A DNA stretch of 64,000 nucleotides from Sphingomonadaceae bacterium. GTDB taxonomy: Bacteria; Pseudomonadota; Alphaproteobacteria; Sphingomonadales; Sphingomonadaceae. The notes beneath the pieces are model-generated. The model was not told the origin of the DNA. It ran no database searches and saw only the letters and a program-made list of their open reading frames with translations. A program made the position numbers and the translations under genes. Every line of letters starts with the position of its first letter. Position 1 is the stretch's first letter. The stretch is from the NCBI GenBank assembly GCA_020850455.1, contig JADZEQ010000005.1:96873-160872 (forward strand), read 5' to 3'. Of the stretch, positions 46,994-56,769 are shown piece by piece.

Positions 46994-47799
46994 ACGCGAC
47001 CGAACAGGTTGGCGTTGATGCCGCATCGGCGCAAGATTCGGCCAAAGCTGCCGATGCAGCGGCGATAGAGGCGACGCGCGCGCCATTGCTCGACCATCTT
47101 ATCGAACTGCGGCGTCGCTTGCTCTGGGCGATGGCGGCGCTCACCGTCGCATTTTTCGTCGGGCTTTATTATGCCGATCAGATTTTCGCGGTGCTGGTAA
47201 AGCCGCTGCTGCGCGCGGGGCAGGACAGGGTGATCTACACCCAGATGTTCGAGGCTTTTTTCGTCCAGATGAAGGTGGCGTTATTCGCCGCCGTGATGAT
47301 CGCCTTTCCGGTCATCGCCACGCAAATCTGGCGATTTGTTGCGCCCGGCCTCTATGGGCGGGAGAAAAAGGCATTTCTGCCCTTCCTCATTGCATCGCCG
47401 GTGCTGTTCATCCTCGGTGCCAGCCTGTCCTATTTCTTTGCGATACCGATTGCGCTTAAATTTCTGTTGGGTTTTCAGGGGGATGTCGGCGGGGTTGCGC
47501 GCGAAGCCTTGCCGGCGGTGGGCAGTTACCTCGATTTTGTGATGCAGTTCATCCTCGCCTTTGGCATCGCCTTTCAGATGCCCATTCTCCTCATGCTCCT
47601 CGAACGCAGCGGCATCGTCACCTACGAACAATTAAAGGGCGCACGCCGCTATATGATCGTCGCGGCCTTTGCCATCGGCGCGGTTTTTACGCCCCCCGAC
47701 GCGGTCAGCCAATTATTGCTCGCCATCCCGCTATGCCTGTTGTTTGAAGGATCGCTCGCCGCAATCTGGCTGACACGGCGGCGCAAGAAAGCGGCTTAG
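46990..47799 (+). CDS. tatC: Twin-arginine translocase subunit TatC
   Basis: PLLDHLIELRRRLLW...six TM helices...TPPDAVSQLLLAIPL. Confidence 0.92.
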   Translation: MNATEQVGVDAASAQDSAKAADAAAIEATRAPLLDHLIELRRRLLWAMAALTVAFFVGLYYADQIFAVLVKPLLRAGQDRVIYTQMFEAFFVQMKVALFAAVMIAFPVIATQIWRFVAPGLYGREKKAFLPFLIASPVLFILGASLSYFFAIPIALKFLLGFQGDVGGVAREALPAVGSYLDFVMQFILAFGIAFQMPILLMLLERSGIVTYEQLKGARRYMIVAAFAIGAVFTPPDAVSQLLLAIPLCLLFEGSLAAIWLTRRRKKAA

Positions 47800-49892
47800 A
47801 GCGACAGTCGCGCCGTGAGGCGGATGTCGCGCCCGGCCAGCGGCACATAATCCTTGGTCAGGCTGGTGTGGCGGCGGGCATCGACGTCAAAAATATTGTC
47901 GGCGGAGAGGATGAGGGTGAGCGCGCGATTTTCGGGCAAGGGTTTCCACTGGGCGGACAAATTGACCAAAATCTGCGCGCGCGTTGGCGTTTCATGGGTG
48001 GCGAGCGCCTGCTGTGCGGCGGTCCATTCGCCTTCACCCCTGATGTTCCAGCCATCATTGCCCCAGCTTAGCCCGCCACGCAGCCGCAGCGGCGGGATTT
48101 GGGGGATGTTGCCGCCGTTGCTGAGCCGCGCGCGGACATAATCGGCGGCCAAATCGCCGCGCAACTGGGCTGAGCCGACATCTGCAATCGGCCCTTCGAT
48201 TTGCGCTTCGCCGCCCCAATAATGCGCATTCTGCTGGCGATATTGAAAGACCGGCAGGTCATCGATGCGCGTGCCGCTGTCAAATGGTGCAATGAAATTG
48301 TCGAACCATGCACCAAAAGCGGAAAATTTCGCGTGCACATCATTACCGAGGTGAAGATGTATGTCCCCCTCCGCCCCCCAGCTATCCTCCGCACGAAAAT
48401 CAGGATTGCCCAATTCATAGCTTTGCGTTGCGGTATGCGGCCCGTTTGACAGCAATTCTTCGGCATTGGGGGCGCGGCGCGTGCGTGACAAGGTAAAGCC
48501 CAGCGTGGAGCCAGTATCGCCCAAATCCATTTCCCAGCCGAGCGCGGCCGAAAAAAGCGTAAAACGCCGCGAAATCGCCCCGCTGTCGGTGGCAACGCGG
48601 CTTTGCGCCAGCCGCGCCGAGAGGGCAAGCCGGCCCCAATTTGTGGTGAGCCGCTGCTGCGTAAAAAAGGCGATATTCTGGCTGGTCGATGCGGGCAAAA
48701 AGGCTTCATCGCCGATGACATTCAGGTCGCGCAGCGACAGGCTGAGCCCGCTCGTCCCCCGCCAATCGCCGCGCGCCGCCTGTACCATGGTCAGCCGCCC
48801 CTCCACCCCCTTGGTCAAAAATTGCGTGCCGAGCACAGCATCGTCAAATTCGCCATGCGCATAATCGGCAAAGCCTGCGCGCAGCGTTATTTGGTCGACG
48901 AACGGGCCACCGACATGGACTGCGGCGCGCAAGTCGGCGCGCCATTGGTGGAGGCGGATTTGCGCGGCTTCATCGTCACCGGGGCGCGGCGGGATGCCAT
49001 ATATATTGTGCAGGCGGCCAATGGACACGCCCAAATTGCCGCCATCGTCTATCCAGGCAAGGCTGGCGGTCAGCGCGTAACTTTCGCCGGCGCTGTTGGG
49101 CAGGTGGCCGCGCAAATTGGCTGCGCCGGTCAGCATGTCGCCGCGCGCGTCATCACCCGTGCCATAGGCATCGGCCGCAGCGGCGAACAAGTCGCGCCGC
49201 AGGCCGGGGGCGGCAACATAGCCGCCGACATGGACATCATCATTTGCGGACCAACTGCCATCAATATGCGCGACCAAATGGGGGGTGAGCGCGGTGTCGA
49301 GCGCGATCGCCGCGCTGCGGCTGTCGGCGGCGGTGCCGCCATGCAGCAGCGCGTCGAGATGGACATGCGCTTGGGGCACGCGCAGCGGGATGCGCCGGTC
49401 GATGACATTCACCGCACCCGCGACCGGGTTGGCACCATAGAGGAGGCTCGCTGCCCCACGGATGATTTCCACCCGTTCCGCACCGAGGGTGTCGATGGCC
49501 ACCGCATGGTCGGCGCTGGTGCCCGATGCGTCAATCGAACCAATGCCGTCGGTCAATATCGGCGCGCGGTCGCCGCCAAAGCCGCGCAATAAGGGGCGGG
49601 AGGCGCCGGGGCTAAAGCTGCTTGCTGAAACACCCGGCAGGCTGGTGAGCGCATCGCCGATTTGCGCACGCAGCGTGCGGGCGAGTGCATCCCCCTCCAC
49701 CACCGCGACGCTGCCCAGGCTGTGGCGCGATGCGTCGATCGGCGCGGTCACCACCAGATCGGCATCGGGGGTGTGGAGATCATCATCCTGCGCGGTGTCG
49801 GCGCTGGCCGGTGCGCTGGCTTGCGCCGCAGCGATGGTCGGCAGGCTGATTGTGAGGAGGAGGAGCGGGAGGTTGCGGCGCAAATGGCGCAT
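47796..49892 (-). CDS. TonB-dependent outer-membrane receptor, 698 aa (substrate unknown; possibly metal/zinc)
   Basis: Signal MRHLRRNLPLLLLTISLPTIAAAQA. TonB-box-like DLVVTA. Plug IGDALTSLPGVSASSF...PLLRGFGGDRAPILTDGIG...VEIIRGAASLLYG. Start taken at ATG 49892 (ORF track 50183). Confidence 0.85.
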   Translation of the reverse strand: MRHLRRNLPLLLLTISLPTIAAAQASAPASADTAQDDDLHTPDADLVVTAPIDASRHSLGSVAVVEGDALARTLRAQIGDALTSLPGVSASSFSPGASRPLLRGFGGDRAPILTDGIGSIDASGTSADHAVAIDTLGAERVEIIRGAASLLYGANPVAGAVNVIDRRIPLRVPQAHVHLDALLHGGTAADSRSAAIALDTALTPHLVAHIDGSWSANDDVHVGGYVAAPGLRRDLFAAAADAYGTGDDARGDMLTGAANLRGHLPNSAGESYALTASLAWIDDGGNLGVSIGRLHNIYGIPPRPGDDEAAQIRLHQWRADLRAAVHVGGPFVDQITLRAGFADYAHGEFDDAVLGTQFLTKGVEGRLTMVQAARGDWRGTSGLSLSLRDLNVIGDEAFLPASTSQNIAFFTQQRLTTNWGRLALSARLAQSRVATDSGAISRRFTLFSAALGWEMDLGDTGSTLGFTLSRTRRAPNAEELLSNGPHTATQSYELGNPDFRAEDSWGAEGDIHLHLGNDVHAKFSAFGAWFDNFIAPFDSGTRIDDLPVFQYRQQNAHYWGGEAQIEGPIADVGSAQLRGDLAADYVRARLSNGGNIPQIPPLRLRGGLSWGNDGWNIRGEGEWTAAQQALATHETPTRAQILVNLSAQWKPLPENRALTLILSADNIFDVDARRHTSLTKDYVPLAGRDIRLTARLSL

Positions 49893-49937
49893 ATGGGCAC
49901 CTTTGTGGGGGGAGGGATTGCGCTGGCTGATAAGGAT

Positions 49938-49949
49938 ATGTTGTAACAT
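49938..49949. promoter_or_regulatory. Zur-box-like inverted repeat ATGTT-GT-AACAT, 46 bp upstream of the TonB-dependent receptor
   Basis: GGATATGTTGTAACATCGG read at 49934-49952. The core is one mismatch from the ATGTTATAACAT core I recall for alphaproteobacterial Zur sites. Confidence 0.3.
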
Positions 49950-50049
49950 CGGCAATGGCGATATCGGCACTTCATCGCAGCGAACAGGCCGTTCATCGAC
50001 AATTGTCGCCGTTGGTCGATGGCGCGCGCACTTGCCGCACGGGTGCGCC

Positions 50050-51072
50050 ATGGCTAAGCTTGGCGGCGTGACGATATTTTGTGCCAACAGCATCGACCTT
50101 ATCGGCAATACGCCGCTAGTCCGCCTATCTGGGCCGAGCGCCGCTGCGGGGGCGGAGATTTTCGGCAAATGTGAATATACCAACCCCGGCGCGTCGATAA
50201 AGGATCGGGCGGCGCTGTATATTGTGCGCGATGCTGAGGAGCGGGGGCTGCTTCACCCCGGCGGCACGATTGTCGAGGGGACGGCGGGCAACACCGGCAT
50301 CGGGCTGGCGCTGGTCGGCAATGCGCTGGGTTACAAGACGATCATCGTCATGCCCGACACGCAGAGCCGCGAGAAAATGGATACGCTGCGCGCTTTGGGG
50401 GCAGAGCTGGTGTTGGTGCCGCCCGCGCCCTTTGCCAACCCCGGCCATTTTGTCCACACATCGCGCCGGATTGCAGAGGAAACGGCGGGCGCGGTCTGGG
50501 CCAACCAGTTTGACAATATTGCCAACCGTCGTGCCCATGTCTGCACCACCGCCGCCGAAATATGGGATCAGATGGGCGGGCGGATCGACGGTTTTACCTG
50601 TGCGGCGGGCACTGGCGGCACCATTGCCGGTGTGGGCATGGGGTTGAAGGAACGCGACGCCAACGTCACCATCGCGCTCACCGACCCGCATGGCGCGGCG
50701 CTGTATAACCATTATGCCCATGGCGAATTGCGCGCGGAGGGGTCGAGCGTTGCCGAAGGGATCGGGCAAAGCAGGATAACCGCCAATCTGGATGGCGCGC
50801 CGATCGACACGCAATTTCGCATTTCCGATGCCGATGGCGATTATTGGGTGCGCCGCCTGCTCGATGAGGAGGGGCTGTGCCTCGGCCTGTCGTCGGGCAT
50901 AAATGTTGCAGGTGCCGTGGCGCTGGCGCAGCAATTGGGCAAGGGCAGCCGCATCGTCACAATTTTGGCAGATACCGGTTTTCGCTATCTCTCCTCGCTC
51001 TTCAACGAAGAATGGCGTGCGGCCAAGGGTTTTGCCCCGCTGCGCGTCGCAAACGCGGACAGAGCGGCATGA
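50050..51072 (+). CDS. cysK: Cysteine synthase / PLP-dependent CysK-family enzyme
   Basis: SIDLIGNTPLVRL...EYTNPGASIKDRAALYIV...TIVEGTAGNTGIGLALV...GTGGTIAGVG. Start at ATG 50050. The ORF-track extension (49462) is antisense to the receptor gene. Confidence 0.85.
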   Translation: MAKLGGVTIFCANSIDLIGNTPLVRLSGPSAAAGAEIFGKCEYTNPGASIKDRAALYIVRDAEERGLLHPGGTIVEGTAGNTGIGLALVGNALGYKTIIVMPDTQSREKMDTLRALGAELVLVPPAPFANPGHFVHTSRRIAEETAGAVWANQFDNIANRRAHVCTTAAEIWDQMGGRIDGFTCAAGTGGTIAGVGMGLKERDANVTIALTDPHGAALYNHYAHGELRAEGSSVAEGIGQSRITANLDGAPIDTQFRISDADGDYWVRRLLDEEGLCLGLSSGINVAGAVALAQQLGKGSRIVTILADTGFRYLSSLFNEEWRAAKGFAPLRVANADRAA

Positions 51073-51458
51073 GCGTTCTTAGCGAACGACAGGCATTGGC
51101 CGCAGAAAGCGCGCGGCGCGACGTGCGGCGGCGACTGATTATCGGCATCTCGGGGCTGGCACTGATGCTGTTGCTCGTCACGCTGGCGAGCATATTGACC
51201 AATGCGGCGCGGCGCGAAGCCGCGCTCGCCAAGGCACAGGCTGCAGCGGCCGGGGTGACCAACCCCGGCGGACAAAGCAGCAGCGGGGCAGAGGGTGGGC
51301 CGCTCGCCGATCTGGGGGTAACGCCCAGCGTCAACAGCGATGCGCCGTCCACCAGTGCGGTGCCGAGCGCCACCCCCCCGCAGCCACGGGTGCAGGATGG
51401 TCAGGTGCGGGTGCCCGACTTGCAGCCCGACCCGGCCATCGACACCCCCAAACGCTAG
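51069..51458 (+). CDS. Hypothetical membrane-anchored protein with disordered Pro/Ser-rich tail, 129 aa
   Basis: ATGA overlap with the cysK stop. TM helix LIIGISGLALMLLLVTLASIL. Confidence 0.45.
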   Translation: MSVLSERQALAAESARRDVRRRLIIGISGLALMLLLVTLASILTNAARREAALAKAQAAAAGVTNPGGQSSSGAEGGPLADLGVTPSVNSDAPSTSAVPSATPPQPRVQDGQVRVPDLQPDPAIDTPKR

Positions 51459-51467
51459 GGTCGGGGG

Positions 51468-52634
51468 GTGAAGGGCCGGACAGCGCGCCTTGCCGCGCTG
51501 CTATTGTTCCTCCTCATCACGGTGACATTGGCGGCGCTGGGCGGCGGTTGGCTGGCGCTGGGGCGGCTTGACCCGCTTTTTATGCTGCCGGGGCTGGGCT
51601 GGGCCGTTTTTGCGGCGACCAGCGTGCATCGTGGGGATGGGAGGGAGGCGCTGGGCTGGGCGGCAGCGCTGACCCTTGTGTCCGCGCTGAGCATCCTCTG
51701 GCTGGCCGTGCCGGGGACGGCGATGCCATGGGGCGCGTGGGGCATATTATTTTTGGGAAGTTGGGCGCTGCTGTGCGCTTGGGTGATGGCGGCGGCATGG
51801 TTGATGCGGCGCGGCGCGGCGCGGTGGCTGCGCCTGTTGCTGGGGGTAATGGCCGCAATCATCTGGGTGCAGGCGATGGGGCGGGCCTTGCCTTATGCCT
51901 ATGTGACCGCCCCGCCGTCGGTCAGGCCGCACGTTGCGCTGATCAGCGCGCTGCCGCTTGGCGGTACGATCGCGGGTTTTGGCGCGGATGGACGGCTCGG
52001 CATGCCAATGGCGCCCAGTCCGATGTATAGCGCGTTGGCGCGCGATTTTGCGCTGCGCACCCCGGCCAATGTGGCGGCCGTGCCGCGGGATATTACCCTC
52101 CTCCTCATCCAGCCGCCCGCGCTGGCGCCCGCAGATTTGGTCGCCTTGGACGCATTTGTGCGTGGTGGTGGGCGTGCGATCATCCTCGCCGACGGGCTAT
52201 ATTCGGGGGCATTGGCGCACGGAGCGGACGGCAGGGCAAATGCTGCGCCGGTGACCAGCCTGCTCACCCCCTTGCTCAGCCATTGGGGGCTGGAACTGGA
52301 CGCGCCCGACGGCCTGACAGAGCGTGCGGCGGTGGTGCATATCGACGGCGAAAAATTGCAATTGTTCAGCCCGGGGCGCTTTCGCACAATATCTGCGGAT
52401 GGGGCGTGCCGCCTCCTTGCCCAATCCTATATCGCCGATTGTCGCATCGGGGCAGGGCGCGCACTGCTGATCAGCGATGCCGATATGGTCGATGCGGCGC
52501 TGTGGCATGCAGCGCCGGGAGAGGGGGCGATGGCGGCGCGCAGCGGCAATGCGCGCTGGCTGGCGGCGCGACTGGCGGCATTGGGTGGCGTCCGCCCGCC
52601 CCGTGCGCTCGCTTGGCCCATTTGGCGTCGCTGA
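51468..52634 (+). CDS. Hypothetical polytopic membrane protein with GldG/DUF4350-like extracytoplasmic domain
   Basis: About four N-terminal TM helices, then ITLLLIQPPALAPADLVALDAFVRGGGRAIILADG. The family guess is weak. Confidence 0.45.
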   Translation: MKGRTARLAALLLFLLITVTLAALGGGWLALGRLDPLFMLPGLGWAVFAATSVHRGDGREALGWAAALTLVSALSILWLAVPGTAMPWGAWGILFLGSWALLCAWVMAAAWLMRRGAARWLRLLLGVMAAIIWVQAMGRALPYAYVTAPPSVRPHVALISALPLGGTIAGFGADGRLGMPMAPSPMYSALARDFALRTPANVAAVPRDITLLLIQPPALAPADLVALDAFVRGGGRAIILADGLYSGALAHGADGRANAAPVTSLLTPLLSHWGLELDAPDGLTERAAVVHIDGEKLQLFSPGRFRTISADGACRLLAQSYIADCRIGAGRALLISDADMVDAALWHAAPGEGAMAARSGNARWLAARLAALGGVRPPRALAWPIWRR

Positions 52635-52764
52635 ATCAGACTATCGAGTCGCGCCAGCCAAAAAATCCTTATTTCTGTGATATTTCATAATCTTGTTGTT
52701 GGCGCGCGCACCGCCGCCCCATTGACCGTGGCGCGGGTGATGCGGCTTGCCGTGCGGCAAAAGC

Positions 52765-52846
52765 AAAATGGACAGGAAAATGGGCAGCGAAATGCGCAAA
52801 ATTGGCGGAACAAAACACGAATATCCGTAAAAATCCGCAAAATCCC
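52765..52846 (+). promoter_or_regulatory. Two sets of A-tract direct repeats upstream of mraZ (candidate MraZ operator / dcw promoter region)
   Basis: AAAATGGAC (52765), AAAATGGGC (52777), GAAATGCGC (52789) at an exact 12-bp period, plus AAAATTGGC (52798). Then ATATCCG (52821), AAATCCG (52831) and AAATCCC (52840) at a period of about 10 bp. Confidence 0.35.
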
Positions 52847-52997
52847 CTTTTCACCCGCATTTGCCATGCTATGCAGGGGCTGGCGGAGGCTGGACTGAAG
52901 CTTTGACGATTCAAAAAACAGGCTGCGGCGCGCGACGGGCGCGCTTGCGGCAACGGGACGTCATTGCCCACGGCCAACGCACCAATTTGGGGAGGGG

Positions 52998-53507
52998 TTG
53001 GCAAAGAAAATGGCGCAATTGGGGGTCTTTACTGGCGCGCGCCTCGTCAGCCCCGACAAATTGGGGCGCTTTACCCTGCCTGCCGTTTTGCGCAATTCGG
53101 TCCCCGGCGACCCTGCCAGCCGCGCCATATTTATAACCACCCACGAAAATGCCCATTGTATGGTTGGGTCGGGCGTCGACCGCATCGAGCGCATTGGCCA
53201 ACGGCTCGACCGTGCGGAACAATTGGCCGCCGAACGGCGCGAACCATTTGACCGCTTTGCCCTCAGCCGCCGCCTCTATGGCCCGGGTGAATCCTGCCCG
53301 ATGGACAAGAGCGGCCGTTTTACACTCTCCGAAACGCTCAGCGAAGTCGCCGAATTTGCCGGCGACGTCTTTTTCCTGGGGGTCGGCGAATTTTTCGAAA
53401 TGTGGGACCCTGCCCGGCTGGAGGCATTGAGCGACCCCGCCTTTGACCATGCCAAAGCCTATTTGCGCGCCGCGCGCCGCGTCAAGGCGCGGGAGGATGC
53501 GAAGTGA
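52998..53507 (+). CDS. mraZ: Transcriptional regulator MraZ
   Basis: Two SpoVT/AbrB-like halves with [13 protein letters not shown] and [12 protein letters not shown]. First gene of the dcw cluster. Start ambiguous (TTG 52998 or ATG 53010). Confidence 0.8.
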   Translation: MAKKMAQLGVFTGARLVSPDKLGRFTLPAVLRNSVPGDPASRAIFITTHENAHCMVGSGVDRIERIGQRLDRAEQLAAERREPFDRFALSRRLYGPGESCPMDKSGRFTLSETLSEVAEFAGDVFFLGVGEFFEMWDPARLEALSDPAFDHAKAYLRAARRVKAREDAK

Positions 53508-54484
53508 GCGTTGCCGTCCCGCACATCCCCGTCCTCCTCAGCGAAGTGATTGCCGCGCTCGCCCCGGCTGCGGGTGAAACCCATATCGACGGCACATTTG
53601 GCGCGGGCGGCTATAGCAGCGCAATTTTGGCGCGCGGTGCATCGGTTATCGCCATTGACCGCGATGGCGATGCCATTGCCGAGGGGCAGGCGATGGTCGC
53701 CGCGCACGCTGGCCGCCTGACCTTGGTCGAAGGGCGTTATTCGACGCTGGATAGCATTTCTGCGGCGGCGGGCGCGGACAAGGTGGACGGGGTCACGCTC
53801 GACATCGGTGTTTCCTCCATGCAGCTCGACCGGGCGGAGCGCGGCTTTTCCTTTGGCGCCGACGGCCCCTTGTCGATGGCGATGGAAAAGGGCGGTGCCA
53901 ATGCCGCCGACTGGATCAACAGCGCCGATGAAGGCGATATTGCCGACGTCCTGTTCCATTATGGGGAGGAACGCCAGTCGCGCCGTGTTGCCCGCGCGAT
54001 TGTGGCGGCACGTCCGCTTACCCGCACCGGCGAACTGGCAGCAATTGTGCGCCGCGCGCTCGGCCATCGACCCGGTGCGCCCAAAGACCCGGCAACGCGT
54101 AGCTTTCAGGCCATCCGCATCCATGTGAATGACGAACTGGGCGAATTGGAGCGCGGGCTGGCGGCGGCAGAGCGCGTGCTGCGCCCCGGCGGGCGGCTGG
54201 CCGTCGTTGCCTTTCACAGTCTGGAAGACCGCATCGTCAAAAATTTCCTGCGCGTGCGCAGCGGCGGTGCGGCGCAATCGTCACGCCATTTGCCGGTCCG
54301 CCAGTCGGGCCCGTCGCCCAGTTTCCGGAATGTCGCCCGCGCGGTGCGCGCAGGGGATGCCGAATTGGCGGCCAACCCGCGCGCGCGTTCGGCGGTGCTG
54401 CGTGCGGCGGTGCGGACCGATGCGCCCGCATGGACGGGTGCGGTTGATGGGGGTTTTGAACGCTTGGGGAGGGTGAGTCGATGA
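53504..54484 (+). CDS. rsmH: 16S rRNA (cytosine1402-N4)-methyltransferase
   Basis: [13 protein letters not shown]...[10 protein letters not shown]...[15 protein letters not shown]...[16 protein letters not shown]. Confidence 0.92.
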   Translation: MSVAVPHIPVLLSEVIAALAPAAGETHIDGTFGAGGYSSAILARGASVIAIDRDGDAIAEGQAMVAAHAGRLTLVEGRYSTLDSISAAAGADKVDGVTLDIGVSSMQLDRAERGFSFGADGPLSMAMEKGGANAADWINSADEGDIADVLFHYGEERQSRRVARAIVAARPLTRTGELAAIVRRALGHRPGAPKDPATRSFQAIRIHVNDELGELERGLAAAERVLRPGGRLAVVAFHSLEDRIVKNFLRVRSGGAAQSSRHLPVRQSGPSPSFRNVARAVRAGDAELAANPRARSAVLRAAVRTDAPAWTGAVDGGFERLGRVSR

Positions 54485-54993
54485 TGTTCGCAGCGCGCAA
54501 ATTGCAGGGTCTGGGCCTGATCGTGATGCTGACCATAGCAGCGCTTTTCACCTATTCGATCAGCCTGCCGGTTTCATCGACGCGCAGCGAATTGCAGCGG
54601 GTGCGGGCAGAGGTGGCGCAACTGCGGGAGGAAAATCGCATGATCGAAGGGGACATTGCCGTCTTGTCCACCGCCGATCAGCTGGAACATTGGAATGGCG
54701 ATTTATTCGGCTATGCCCCGCCGGGGCCAGACCAATATCTGCGGTCGGAACGCGCGCTCGCCAATCTTGACCGCCTGCAAGTGCCCAGCGGGGTGCAGCC
54801 GCAAGCGCCGATCATCGTTGCAGCGAATGACACCCTCGATACAGCGGCGCGTGCGACAGATAGTGCCGATTCCGGGGAAGATGCGCCGCCAGCACCGCGC
54901 GCCGAACAGGTCGCGGTGACCGCCACGGTGGTTGGCGATATGCGCCGCACCGTGGCGCTTGCCAGCCCGACCGTTCCCGCGCTGCGCCGCTAG
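54481..54993 (+). CDS. ftsL: FtsL-like cell-division protein
   Basis: Position between rsmH and ftsI. Single TM helix ([17 protein letters not shown]) followed by a coiled coil ([26 protein letters not shown]). Confidence 0.6.
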   Translation: MMFAARKLQGLGLIVMLTIAALFTYSISLPVSSTRSELQRVRAEVAQLREENRMIEGDIAVLSTADQLEHWNGDLFGYAPPGPDQYLRSERALANLDRLQVPSGVQPQAPIIVAANDTLDTAARATDSADSGEDAPPAPRAEQVAVTATVVGDMRRTVALASPTVPALRR

Positions 54994-55005
54994 GAGGGGG
55001 CGGCG

Positions 55006-56769
55006 ATGGCATCCGTCTTTGTTCCGTCGTCCGGGCAACAGGGCCATTGGATACCGCAAGCGGTGTCGCATTCGATTGCGCAGGGTGTTTCACAGCCCCA
55101 ACCGATGCGCCGTGCGGAAAGCCGCCAACGATTTGCACTGCTGGCCGACCGGCGCATAGGCATTGTCCTGATGGCGCTGGTGGGCATCACCGCCATTTTG
55201 TTGCTGCGTATCGGGCAATTGTTCATCAGCGGTTTTTTTGAACCGCCGCCGGTGTCGATCGGTTCGGTGATGAACCGGGCGGATATTGTCGATCGCAATG
55301 GGGTGCCATTGGCGCGCACCATCCCCGTCCATTCGATCCGCGTCGTGCCATCGCGGCTGATGCACGACCGGCAATGGCTCGCCCAGCAATTGGCGCAGAT
55401 TTTTCCCGACACTGATGCCGCAACCTTCTATCGCCGGCTCCATTGCCAAAATGGCTGTGTGCTGCGCCACCGTGCGACCCCGGCGCAATTAAACGCGGTC
55501 AATGAATTGGCCGATATCGGCTTTGAATATCCCGAAGTTGCCGAACGGCTCTACCCCCAAGGGCGGGTCGGCGCACATTTGCTGGGCTACATCCAGCCGG
55601 GGCGCGGCGGGGCGATGGGCGTGGAGCGGCAATTTGATGCCGAAATCCGTCATAATGGCACCAATGGTGCGCCAATTGCCCTGTCGATTGATGCACGGGT
55701 GCAAGCGGCGCTCGACTTGGAACTGTCGAGTGCGGTTACCGCGCTGGAGGCAAAGGGCGGGTCAGGCCTGATCCTCGATGTCGATAGCGGCGAAGTGCTC
55801 GCTATGTCGTCGGTTCCCAATTTTGACCCCAATAATGTCCGCTTTGCCACCCCCGAAGCGCAGTGGAACAGTGTCAGCTACACGACTTATGAATTGGGTT
55901 CGACCTTCAAGCCAATCACCGTCGCCTCGGCGATGGATGCAGGGGTCGTGACCGATATGGCCCGCCGTTATGATGCAACCCATGCGCTGCACATTGGCGG
56001 GCAGACGATCGACGACACCCACGCCATTCGGCGCTGGATGAATGTGCCCGAAATGTTGGTGCATTCATCGAATATTGTCGCGGCGCAAATTGCCGATGCG
56101 CTCGGCAAGGAACGGTTGCAGGCGACATTCCGCGCGCTCGATTTTGACCGTCGCCCCCCCATTGAGTTGCGCGAACGCGGGCTGCCGCGCTGGGCACGGC
56201 CATGGGGGCGGACGACGACGATGACCGCAGGTTTCGGCCATTCGGTGCAGGTGACCCCATTACACCTCGCCAGCGCTTATGCGACCTTGGTCAATGGCGG
56301 CATTTACCGCCCCGCCACCATTAGGCGCGTCGAACCGGGGCAGGCCCCCGCCACCGGCCGCCGCGTTTTTACCGAGGCAACCAGCGCGCGTATGCGCCAA
56401 CTATTACGGATGATCGTCAAAAGCGGCACAGGACGTAGCGCCGACGCGCCGGGTTATCGTATTGGAGGTAAGACCGGAACTGCCGAGCGCGCCATAGGTG
56501 GCAGCTATGTCGGTAATAGTATTGTGGCGACCTTTGCCGCGGTATTCCCGATGGATCGCCCGCGTTATGTTGTGCTTATAATGATAGATCGCCCGCCGGG
56601 AAATGCCTATTCTTTGGGGCAACGCACCGCTGCTTATACCGCCGCACCCGTTGTCCGAAAATTGGTGCAGCGGGTTGGCCCGATGCTTGGCGTCTATCCC
56701 GACATGACGCATGATGTCGATATTTCCGATCTGGAACCCTTGCTCTGGAAACCGAGGAGTGAGCGGTGA
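55006..56769 (+). CDS. ftsI: Peptidoglycan D,D-transpeptidase FtsI (PBP3)
   Basis: SxxK (GSTFKP), SxN (HSSN), KTG (GKTGTA). N-terminal TM helix. Confidence 0.9.
   Translation: MASVFVPSSGQQGHWIPQAVSHSIAQGVSQPQPMRRAESRQRFALLADRRIGIVLMALVGITAILLLRIGQLFISGFFEPPPVSIGSVMNRADIVDRNGVPLARTIPVHSIRVVPSRLMHDRQWLAQQLAQIFPDTDAATFYRRLHCQNGCVLRHRATPAQLNAVNELADIGFEYPEVAERLYPQGRVGAHLLGYIQPGRGGAMGVERQFDAEIRHNGTNGAPIALSIDARVQAALDLELSSAVTALEAKGGSGLILDVDSGEVLAMSSVPNFDPNNVRFATPEAQWNSVSYTTYELGSTFKPITVASAMDAGVVTDMARRYDATHALHIGGQTIDDTHAIRRWMNVPEMLVHSSNIVAAQIADALGKERLQATFRALDFDRRPPIELRERGLPRWARPWGRTTTMTAGFGHSVQVTPLHLASAYATLVNGGIYRPATIRRVEPGQAPATGRRVFTEATSARMRQLLRMIVKSGTGRSADAPGYRIGGKTGTAERAIGGSYVGNSIVATFAAVFPMDRPRYVVLIMIDRPPGNAYSLGQRTAAYTAAPVVRKLVQRVGPMLGVYPDMTHDVDISDLEPLLWKPRSER

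Noticed and set aside
52669-53004. ORF-track entries 52669..53004(-), 52677..52898(+) and 52685..52867(-) in the mraZ upstream region
   Set aside because: There are no Shine-Dalgarno sequences. The translations are dominated by the A-tract repeats (Phe/Lys/Gln-Asn runs) and the three ORFs overlap one another in different frames. I interpret the region as regulatory DNA.
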